Of a DNA stretch of 64,000 nucleotides, positions 49,401 through 57,530 are shown piece by piece; position 1 is the first letter of the stretch, and every line of letters starts with the position of its first letter. Under the pieces are notes generated by a model, which made no database searches, was not told the DNA's origin, and worked only from the letters and a program-made list of their open reading frames with translations. Both the position numbers and the translations under genes were made by a program. The stretch is from Antedon mediterranea (taxonomy: Eukaryota > Animalia > Echinodermata): assembly GCF_964355755.1 (NCBI RefSeq), contig NC_092673.1:992001-1056000 (forward strand). The letters run 5' to 3'.

Positions 49401-50721
49401 ACCTAAAAGATCTTTTTACAAATGTTAGTACTGACTCAAATGATCTGCCCACAGTTTAAATTTTTCTTTCTGGCATATTATTATGTTTCTTAATAAAGGG
49501 ACATTTATTAAATTCAGTTGAACATTAACACTTAAATGCTTCATTGCCACTGAATTGATGTTGAAAATTGATTTAAATTAAAATTGATAATTTCTGAATA
49601 AATGTAAATAACGGGGCAACTAATGTACAGTAAGTTTTTTTAAAGAAGAAAATAATATACAGTGTATTTTGTATTATAATTGTTATAGTAGTTGTTCACT
49701 AAGAGAGTTCCCTTATGTATTGAATAGTAACGGCAAAAATACTATGGTATTCATGTTATAATTGTTATAGTAGTTGTTCACTAAGAGAGTTCCCTTATGT
49801 ATTGAATAGTAACGGCAAAAATACTATGGTATTCATGTTTTTGTAAAGCAATTTGACTAAATTCATAGAAACTGTGTTGTTTCTGCTAACATGTTAACTT
49901 TTATTTATTATCAATAATTTAGATAAAATATTAATTATTTTGCGAAAGTTGATTTGTCTTAATTCATGATCTAGTTGTAATAACATTAGGTTACTAACCG
50001 TACGATTGCTTCACTTTAATTGACCCTTCCAATGGCTGCAACTAATGGTTTCAGGGCCAATTTTTTACCCAATTAACACACTGTTATATTCGCTCTGTTA
50101 AAGCGTCAGCCGGTTATTAAATGCTCTATCAACACAACAGTTTGTTGTTAATTTGCATGTCCTACAGTATTGCTGCTGTCTTACGATCTGCTTAACAATT
50201 AAGTTAAAATTGTTTTCATGTTAATTACAACGTTGTGTTTGTTAATGTTTAGATTGTATCTTAGTAAATTTAGTAAGGCTATTATGTAGTTTTAATAAAG
50301 TGGTCCAAAACTGAACAAAAGTAATGAATATAAACGGACAAACTTATTAAACTTAACCGAAAACCTTTAAATTAAAATTACAAGTTTTTCAGTTTAAATT
50401 GTGTTTTTTTTATCCAATTTTGTGTCAGAAGTGAATTACTACAGTATTATGTGAAATTAAAATGGTGTACTCAACAAAACACATTATTAAATTGTGTGTG
50501 TATAAGAGTGGGAAATAAATGCATTTTAAAGCGTTTGTGAATAGATATTTTAACAAGTAATATATTTGTAAATGTGTATTTTTTTATTGACTAACTTCCG
50601 CAACCCACTTGTTGGTTTATTTTAGACCAAGGGTGTCTCGTTCAAATAAAACTTTTTTCTTTTGTTCTTTTACTAGAAATTACAAGAACTATGGAATTGG
50701 CACAAGAACACAAACTTGTAA
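19413..50721 (+). CDS. NPM1-like: Nucleophosmin/nucleoplasmin-family histone chaperone (NPM1-like, sea-urchin p62-like; spliced, 13 coding exons, 355 aa)
   Basis: join(19413-19440, 20242-20357, 20833-20955, 22721-22811, 23006-23160, 24238-24327, 24704-24769, 25053-25084, 26535-26643, 34971-35036, 39758-39829, 46368-46442, 50677-50721) = 1068 nt. Core motifs EYFW, HFLFLKQAVLG, QPPVTFTLVNGSGPVYMSGQH; D/E tracts; C-terminus PKKEVKFFNYIKNTYRVTDQQKLQELWNWHK. Confidence 0.92.
20242..20357 (+). CDS. NPM1-like: NPM-like exon 2
   Basis: ttccag / AQLSKKKQTITWNP...HFLFLKQ / gtattg. Confidence 0.92.
20833..20955 (+). CDS. NPM1-like: NPM-like exon 3
   Basis: taacag / AVLGAEVKDTERCIVQV...LKLGLNEC / gtacgt. 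Confidence 0.92.
22541..22675. mobile_element. MITE family A, copy 3 (opposite orientation)
   Basis: TIRs CTCGGTCTGCACTATCAAAC ... GTTTGATAGTGTAGACAGAGCT. Confidence 0.85.
22721..22811 (+). CDS. NPM1-like: NPM-like exon 4
   Basis: ttgtag / TTLDVGFQPPVTFTLVNGSGPVYMSGQHAL / gtaagt. Confidence 0.95.
23006..23160 (+). CDS. NPM1-like: NPM-like exon 5 (acidic tract and bipartite NLS-like segment)
   Basis: tttcag / LQDDKLDDFEDEDEDD...NKRKRVFDTPSDINKKK / gtaatc. Confidence 0.92.
23325..24081. mobile_element. Non-autonomous DNA transposon, PIF/Harbinger-like (757 bp)
   Basis: TIRs AGCCTGTTTTCCTGTC(G/A)ACGTTA(G/T)TCGACGCTATC at both ends; 3-bp TSD TAA at 23322-24 and 24082-84. Confidence 0.88.
24238..24327 (+). 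CDS. NPM1-like: NPM-like exon 6
   Basis: tttaag / QPKLDQSASSAKSTGDEDDDEDEDDDEDFD / gtgagt. Confidence 0.88.
24366..24462. mobile_element. MITE family A, copy 4 (partial)
   Basis: One TIR (GTTTGATAGTGTAGACAGAGCT) plus internal sequence shared with the other copies. Confidence 0.8.
24704..24769 (+). CDS. NPM1-like: NPM-like exon 7
   Basis: tatcag / PKAVKNDSKTSEENEDDDDFED / gtaaat. Confidence 0.8.
25053..25084 (+). CDS. NPM1-like: NPM-like exon 8 (32 nt)
   Basis: poly-T gcag / MEDDDDDIDE + AG / gtatgt. Confidence 0.85.
25241..26430. mobile_element. Non-autonomous piggyBac-like element (1190 bp)
   Basis: 14-bp TIRs CACTTTGACTGCCA / TGGCAGTCAAAGTG; TTAA TSD at 25237-40 and 26431-34; no transposase ORF. 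Confidence 0.88.
26221..26430. repeat. 44-bp tandem repeat x~4.8 at the right end of the piggyBac-like element
   Basis: AAAACGAAGATCTTCGTGTTTGGCAGTCAAGCGTTGTGTTTCCA; copies start at 26221, 26265, 26309, 26353 and 26397. Confidence 0.9.
26535..26643 (+). CDS. NPM1-like: NPM-like exon 9
   Basis: ttttag / EEDEDDDDDEDDDEEEEEEEEKPKAVKKKNQKEQKK / gtaaca. Confidence 0.9.
29916..30135. repeat. Purine/G-rich tandem repeat, ~46 bp x~5
   Basis: GAGGAGAGATAGGGGAGAAGAAAAGAAGGGGGTCGGGGGTAGGTTT. Confidence 0.88.
31868..31984 (+). pseudogene. 5S rRNA-derived sequence (degenerate; probable head of a SINE3 extending to ~32205)
   Basis: TACGGCCTTAACACGTTGAAACACCGGTTCTCGTCAGATCATCGAAGTTAAGCAATGTTGGGCCCAGTTA...CTGGGAATACCGGGTGCTGTA is colinear with metazoan 5S. 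The C-box region is mutated, there is no T-run terminator, and it is a single intronic copy. Confidence 0.85.
34971..35036 (+). CDS. NPM1-like: NPM-like exon 10
   Basis: ttttag / NTKINGKASKTEVKTPGGGDAK / gtaagc; contains a KTP motif. Confidence 0.85.
34996..35820 (+). repeat. Tandem duplications of the exon-10 3' end plus donor (about 70-bp and 40-bp units), split by a MITE
   Basis: GATGCTAAG|GTAAGCTAGTA occurs six times (junctions after 35036, 35106, 35177, 35707, 35747, 35786). Confidence 0.9.
35189..35678. mobile_element. Tc1/mariner (pogo/Tigger-like) MITE, 490 bp
   Basis: TIRs CAGTAGAACCT...TTTTACGTAC / GTACGTAAAA...AGGTTCTACTG. The TA TSD is confirmed by the empty-site sequence GCTAGTATATGGGG in neighbouring repeat copies. 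Confidence 0.92.
35829..36065 (+). mobile_element. Degenerate tRNA-derived SINE with a Deu-like core
   Basis: A-box-like TTGCCTAGTGG, B-box-like GGTTCAAGGCT, core TCGGATAAGGACTGTAAACCGTAGGTCC...GAGTAG and an A-rich tail. The core assignment is from memory of DeuSINE consensus. Confidence 0.55.
36310..36419. mobile_element. MITE family A, copy 5 (internally deleted)
   Basis: AGCTCTGTCTACACTATCAAA ... TTTGATATTGTAGACAGAGC. Confidence 0.8.
39758..39829 (+). CDS. NPM1-like: NPM-like exon 11
   Basis: ctacag / AKGTQKKKGGKPQTIQEIKDDIAK / gtaaac; aligns to NPM1 GPSSVEDIKAKM. Confidence 0.9.
41961..43862. repeat. Minisatellite, 43 bp x~44
   Basis: CTCTTACTGAGGCATATTACATGTTTGTAGCTAGTTTGTGATG, with variants CTCCTA, CTCTAA and CTCTTTAA. 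Confidence 0.97.
44777..44957. mobile_element. MITE family B, copy 1 (~180 bp)
   Basis: TIRs GTGGCCATATTCACC / GGTGAATACGGTCAC; an inverted second copy is at 48746-48903. Confidence 0.75.
45074..45107 (+). repeat. (GGGTT)n microsatellite with seven G3 runs; G-quadruplex motif
   Basis: GGGTTGGGTTGGGTTGGGTTGGGTTGGGTTGGGT. Confidence 0.9.
46368..46442 (+). CDS. NPM1-like: NPM-like exon 12
   Basis: atttag / SPGKPKKEVKFFNYIKNTYRVTDQQ / gtaaca; aligns to NPM1 [22 protein letters not shown]. Confidence 0.93.
47545..47723. mobile_element. Degenerate MITE, possibly hAT-like
   Basis: Imperfect inverted ends ATCGGTGGTTTAATG / CATTACGTCACTGAT around a GC-richer body; sits in a short GCAATGATGAAG repeat. 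Confidence 0.4.
48746..48903. mobile_element. MITE family B, copy 2 (inverted, one end lost)
   Basis: Begins CAGTGGCCATATTCACC; the body matches the reverse complement of 44805-44955. Confidence 0.7.
49674..49837. repeat. Perfect tandem duplication, 82 bp x2
   Basis: TTATAATTGTTATAGTAGTTGTTCAC...GGTATTCATG at 49674 and 49756. Confidence 0.9.
50677..50721 (+). CDS. NPM1-like: NPM-like exon 13 (last)
   Basis: tactag / KLQELWNWHKNTNL TAA; AATAAA at 50774 and 50781. Confidence 0.92.
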   Translation, partial: KLQELWNWHKNTNL

Positions 50722-53288
50722 GATAGGAAGATGTTGGATGTTTGGCACAAATAATGTTAAGTAAAAACTGAAAAATAAATAATAAAAAAACACCAATACT
50801 ATTTTGTATTTTCCTTTACCAGTTCAAATAATTGTGTTTAAATTATTAATAATAATTTTGTAATCCTCCATGCCTGTAAAATTAAAAGAGAAAAAACATA
50901 ACTGGTTAAAACAATTTTGTTCTGTAAAAACCTGTCGGCGCCAAAGCATACTTTGAAAGAAAATAAGATTGGTTGAGTGGTTTAGAATCATGTAACCTTA
51001 AACTATTTATAAGACCTTTCTATAGGTCGGCTGTCTTTATCATTTGCTACAAAAGCGTCGTCGGTTTCTTTTTGTAACAGCATCCATTTGCTTAACTAAC
51101 CATGTTTGAAAAAGATTACTGCCAATGTTGATATACTAAATGTACAAAATAAAAGCTCTATGTCCACTTTGTGTTCTATTAAGCAAACAGCAACTGATTA
51201 TAAAAACATGATTGTTAAATTCCTTTTATTCGATAACAAGGGTTTTGTCATTCTTATTCGTCAACAAGGTTCTAGTCTTGTGTCCTCTTGTTCGCCAATT
51301 GGTTCTCTAAGAGCGCTATTATATTGGCAAGCAGAGATTAGGTATTTTGCTTCCTCTAAACCACAGTAGTAAACACAGAACAGCATCAGTAATTGAATCT
51401 AAGGATTGAGTTACATTGGTGGAAAAAAAGTGGCGCTAAGCAGGTACTAGGCTAGGTGTCAACCCCATTTATTACTGTTCTTTGGAAGGTACCTACCTCT
51501 GTCTCAACCAAAATGTATATGCTGTTCCGAACAAGCTGTATTTGATCAAACTATAATTTTAAAATATTGTACTCTACTTCTTGCCTTTATCTCAAAATGT
51601 TTTTAGGAGTATTTGGCAATATTCCTAAACACAAAAATTCCAAAGTCGACAGTTTTAAAGGTAGGGTTTTGTCTGTGTTGTCCTACCCTGTCATATAAAT
51701 TTCAAATAAGGCATATTAATAGATCATAAATTGCATCAATAGTAGTGATACCACACAGAGTGTGTTATCGCGTTCTTTTAGTGTCATCAGCCCCTATTTA
51801 GCAATCGCCCATATTGTTAAGAACATTTTTTAATATGAAATGTTTTCCACCATTTTGTTATATCCGAATAAAGACAACTTAAGTAAATGCTTCAAGCATG
51901 ACATCCTTGTCAAATGCCATCCGAGCCAAGCAACAGGTTGGATGCTAATTTTCAAGTATGTTTGCTATTTTCACCGATGCTCTCATCTGATGGCAAGGTA
52001 ATGGAACCTGTTGATGAAATGACTTAAACGCTCCTGAATCCATTCATTTTGAATCTTCAATCAAATCATCTTAATCAGCAAGCTTACAAAAGGTCGTTTA
52101 AAATGTGCACCACTTGCGGCTACCTAGCACGATCAGCTGTGACAACTAATTGTATCGTGTTGTCTCTGATAATAACACCATAATTATTTACTAAGTGAGC
52201 CACAAAATGGCTCATTGCTGGATACTCACCATAACCTTGGTAGTAATGGCTTAAAAAGTGGGACATACCTATTCACAGCAGTGCATCGGGCTCAGCACGC
52301 GTGCTAACTAGATGCACAAGGAGACCGACTGACCGCAGGCAAGTCTACTTTAAATAGTATGTTTTTTTATATTATTGCTCAACCAGCCCTGGAGGTTAGA
52401 AAAGTTATAGCGCTTCACAACAAACATGTTTTCTATATTAAGGATTTCAAAGTCAGGGATTTACTATAAAAACATCCATGTATGATGCTCTATGAATTAC
52501 CATATTAAGGGCCACAATGGAAATAAGTTTGACCTTTGGTTACTTTTTTGTGTACCCTGAATTCATTCTTTGTATTTTTTTTATGTTGTGTTATTTTATG
52601 AATTCGAATAAAGAAATGAAAAAAAAAAAATTTATGGCAATTTCTAATGTCATTTAATTTGTCACTAAATTTGTTCTTCATTTGTCACTTAATTTGTCAT
52701 TGTAATTACCTTGAAGGGTGTTTAATGTTTAGTGATCGGTTTCATAGAAAAAGTAACAAACATTTAGGCCTATTTTCTGAAATATAGTTTATAAGATTAT
52801 TTCCCTAATAAGTAATTTGTAATGATATAGCTGTTGTTTGGTACTGTACTTAATTTATCAGAATGAGCGTTTTAAGTAATTTCTCAAGAGCTGTTGGAAA
52901 TCTACGTTGCAAGCTATTGGTTTTAGATTACTTTGATTGCATAAAGACCAGTTTATCATTTTGCCTGTTGTCTTTTACACAACAGCTCAACACATTTATA
53001 TTGTTCAGACGAAAAAAGTAAAATAAAGTGCTCATCTTTATACATATACTTGTGTGCTATGTTTAATTCCACCATCTGTCATGGCATATTTTACTATACA
53101 CTAGTACTGTACTTTTACTTGTACATTACTCGTGTTTGTGTTGACTAGATATAACAACAGCGCCGCCACACGTTAACTTAATGTTGAACTTAATTGAATA
53201 TTATGTAAATTTGTATATTGTGAATTATTATTTCGTTTTTGGTAAAAAAAAAAACAAACGTTTATGGTCGTGCTTTACGGACAAATAT

Positions 53289-53880
53289 GATGCCTGGACG
53301 TGGGACCGAATGATAGCAGTACCTCGATGCCTTGACGTGGGACCGAATGATAGCAGTACCTCGATGCCTGGACGTGGGACCGAATGATAGCAGTACCTCG
53401 ATGCCTTGACGTGGGACCGAATGATAGCAGTACCTCGATGCCTTGACGTGGGACCGAATGATAGCAGTACCTCGATGCCTTGACGTGGGACCGAATGATA
53501 GCAGTACCTCGATGCCTGGACGTGGGACCGAATGATAGCAGTACCTCGATGCCTTGACGTGGGACCGAATGATAGCAGTACCTCGATGCCTTGACGTGGG
53601 ACCGAATGATAGCAGTACCTCGATGCCTTGACGTGGGACCGAATGATAGCAGTACCTCGATGCCTTGACGTGGGACCGAATGATAGCAGTACCTCGATGC
53701 CTGGACGTGGGACCGAATGATAGCAGTACCTCGATGCCTTGACGTGGGACCGAATGATAGCAGTACCTCGATGCCTTGACGTGGGACCGAATGATAGCAG
53801 TACCTCGATGCCTTGACGTGGGACCGAATGATAGCAGTACCTCGATGCCTTTGACGTGGGACCGAATGATAGCAGTACCT
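53289..53880. repeat. Minisatellite, 37 bp x16
   Basis: GATGCCT(T/G)GACGTGGGACCGAATGATAGCAGTACCTC; explains the ORFs at 53228-53932. Confidence 0.97.
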
Positions 53881-55849
53881 TGAAAACGTATCGCGCAAAA
53901 GTAGTGTCACTGTTTATAAAAGTCTTTGCCATAATATAGGATAAAATGAATCTGATCTAATCTAACGTTTAGACAGTAGTTGATAAAATCTGAAGAAAAT
54001 ATAGCGTGACCGTGGGAACATGGGTATGCTTCGCAGAACAATTTAAATCCGCCATTGTTTCAACAATCGTCTCTAGTACAGTACATAAGTTGTCTTCAGT
54101 TCAATAATGAAAGTTTTCTATACAAAATACGATAGTTCAGTAATTCAGGATATTGTAGTAAATGTGTAATTTCTTGACGCAATTACACATGCGCAGTTAT
54201 TTCATAGGTAAGAGAGTGCGCAGATTACGGAGTATCTATCACTATGGTGATGCAAAATGCTTGTATAGATGTTGATTTCAGACGGTTGGGACCAAGCATT
54301 TATCGGCATAAATATATTTTATTCGAAAATTAATCTTTGAATGTTACCCGAACTATAAGTATATGTCCAATGCTTATTAATAAATAGGCATAATTCATAA
54401 TTTGATGGTATAAAATTATACTTTAGTTCACTTGGGGTGAACTCAAACGGGGCGAGAATAATTTGGCGTGAAATACGTTAAAACAGGTATAACTGATTGT
54501 AGAATGTTTTTGTGTAGCTGGTTAGGATTGCTAGGAAATGACAAATTGTCTGTTAACAGTAATATATTTGCTTGTCAAACAGTTTACACAAATTAACCAG
54601 GTTCTTTGTGTTTGGTCAAAACGGGTTTTTTAACTTCCAATTCTCACTTTGTCTAAAGTTAAAAACTGCAACTCATTGCAAGAAAGCTACAAATGAAAAA
54701 TAAGTAATTTCCTCCCAAGATCTAGCTTGTTTTTTTTCTTCTATTTTTGCTTGTTTTGTCATTATCATGGTGTTGAATATTGTGCTGATGAACACACTCG
54801 AAATTATTTTCTATTTTCCTTTTATCCTTTGTGCAAAATTCGCAGTGACATTGTATAATTCGACAATATTATTTTTGTTAAAATTATGTGTATATACACA
54901 ATGGTATCAGATTGTGAGCGCTGGCTGTACTAAATTGCTGGCAACATTATCTGCAGTCTGACTCTTTTTTTAATTGAAATCGGTAAATTTGAACCGTCAA
55001 TCGCTTTGATAAATCTTCTGTCATGTTCGACTGACAAGAGAATTAGCAATAATTATAGGGTTATTCTTTTAGGAAGTTGCATTCAATGTATTGTACTCGC
55101 GGCATGTGCTCGAGTTTCTCGAGGCATCTTTCCATCTTCCGCGTTGGCTTAAACCGAACCAGTTTATCAATATTGTATCTCTAGTACCAATCCCTAGCGA
55201 GAGTACGTATCCGCCGCCCAGCAATGGTGCCAGTCTTTGTCAGTAACTTGCCATGCCGCTTCAACTCTGATTCATGTAGAAAATCAAATTTGCGCCAAAA
55301 CTGTTTTTCCAATATCTCTCACTTTTTTTCCAAGTCGTAAACAATCTAGCGATTGCAGGACACTTTATAAGGTCAGATGAATTAATAAACATAATGTCCC
55401 ATGTTTGATGTGGTGATAAGACTAGCGTGATATTGTAAACATGAAAATATGTAGACGATGATGAGACAGCAATTTTTCTAGGTTTAACAAACTTATTTCG
55501 TTTATCTCACGAATTCTATTAATATTCAATCATTTATCGGTGGTTTATCGAAATATGCTGCAATATTGTGCCTTTATTAGGAGACGAGTAGCAGCCCAAT
55601 ATCAAGAATGTAATGTTTTTAGAACGAAACGAAACTTGTAAGACGAGTATCTCCGTGGGTCATTAATATCAACATTATGCAATGTTATAATGAGATGGAA
55701 TTTAATGCATCATCTTTGTCATATCTGTCGGCATCATCTTCGATGTTTATTGTCGATGTCGTTATCATAATGTAGTATTACTTAATTTAGATCTCTTAAA
55801 AAATACCGTTTATTTCAAGTCGTGATGTAATCTAACCGAACCAAGTGTT

Positions 55850-56116
55850 CGTAGACCTATCTTCAGGTGGAGAGGTGAGTCCCGTGTTCTCTGAACGCGG
55901 CGAATAAGCTGTTAGGAGCTCATTGTACTAAGCCTCGGCATTATGTGTTGGGTGGGGGGGGGGGGGGGTGGCCAGTTCCTTTCTACGCCGCCTTTTTTCT
56001 CCCTAGTATTTTCAACCATGTACTCGTTTACAGCTGAGTGGACTGGGAGTTGTCGGGAATTGAACCCGGGTCTATCTGTATGACAGTAAAGTGTCCTAAC
56101 CACTCGTCGGCTATCC
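55850..56116 (-). mobile_element. tRNA-derived SINE with a conserved-core-like body
   Basis: Minus strand: A box TAGCCGACGAGTGG, B box GGTTCAATTCC, then GTCCACTCAGCTGTAAACGAGTAC...AAAGGCGGC...ACTGGCCACCC...ATGCCGAGG. It resembles MetaSINE/Nin-type cores (from memory). Confidence 0.7.
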
Positions 56117-57390
56117 AATCTCGTCTTCTCCTGCTGATATTAAATAACGAGAAAATGAATAGATCTAATTATTAAAATATATAATATTTTAAACATTTAT
56201 GTTTAATTGACATAATAATTGACATTTTAAAGTTGAGGATTTGACATAATTGATGACATATTTGGTTTGTTTAGTTTGATGGATGTTAAGAGCATTAGTT
56301 GATTTGTGTGTTTGCATTTAATCTTTCACATTGCTTAAATTCACTCAACTTAAATTTCCTGAGTAAAGCCAGTTTGTGTAAGTTTAAGTAAAATAGAATA
56401 AAGAATCCCGGAGTGATGCAATCCAATCAAAGAATTAATTCAATGTTCAAACTGAACAATCCGCCGTCATCGTCATCGTCATCCCACCCACACATTCCAT
56501 ATCTCTGCTTATTAATCATACTAATATTAAAATACGTATAAATAGTTCGCAGCACTTTACAGAGAACAACCGCGGAATGTTCCACTGCTCGAAATATAAC
56601 TTTCGTTAAATTTTATTTAAATTTCTGTCTCAATGTAAACATGTTTAACTAAAATATAATTTAATTATTCAACCGTAAGCAAATTCTGCATTACAGTATC
56701 ACATATGATACACATGTTTGCCCTATTTTACGGTTAGGTTAGTACCGGTATTATGGCGTCAGATGTGATACGGTACATATGGGACACCGTATTACAGAAT
56801 TATGATACAGTGTGTAAAAAAGAACCATTAACATTAGTCTAATGCGAAAGAGTTGTTTTGCGAGTCTTCACATTTTTTGCATATCAACCGCGAACTCTTG
56901 ATATTTTGAAATCGCTCTTCTCAATAGCTGTAATCGCCGTCGGCTGTTTTTGAAACTGCTTAAATACTTGTTTAACATATCTGAAAGAAAAACACCCAAT
57001 TGCTAAGATTGCCCCAAAGGTTACAATTTTGAACTTGCACCCCTTCTGAACTCTGACATAAAATCTGAAGAATAAATACTGCAATATACGGATCATTAAG
57101 CGATTCAATAATACATCTATTACCCGATTCGTTATAGTGTCGCCATTATTATAATTCTATGAAAAGTTCTTGTAGAACAATCATTAGCTAGAAAAATGAC
57201 CATTGGCCGGAGGTGATACGACCAAAACACAATTAACGACTAACAAAACCGGTCACTTTGAACGATAGATGTCACCGTACTGTAACAATTTGTTGTTGAC
57301 GACATCTCATGTCGACGGCGCGCGCCTTTAAACACTAATACTAATACATTAAATATGATTATTATTTAATTATTACGGTAAGCGGAAAAC

Positions 57391-57530
57391 CGCGTAGCCT
57401 GTCCCACATCACAATCCTGAGCGGAAACCACCCGTCCGCTCCGCCGCGTTGTGTGTAAATGTTCATAAGGAATAAAATAGATTCTATATTTTTATTACCG
57501 TTACCGCTCGTCTGTGTAAATTGGCCTTAA
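57391..57530. mobile_element. Dispersed repeat, probable MITE end
   Basis: Inverted homologue of 10698-10836; ends TGTAAATTGGCCTTAA. Confidence 0.65.

Noticed and set aside
53228-53932. ORFs of 234 and 211 aa, or a CRISPR with a 37-bp repeat
   Set aside because: Head-to-tail 37-bp units without spacers; the ORFs cycle through the three frames of the unit.
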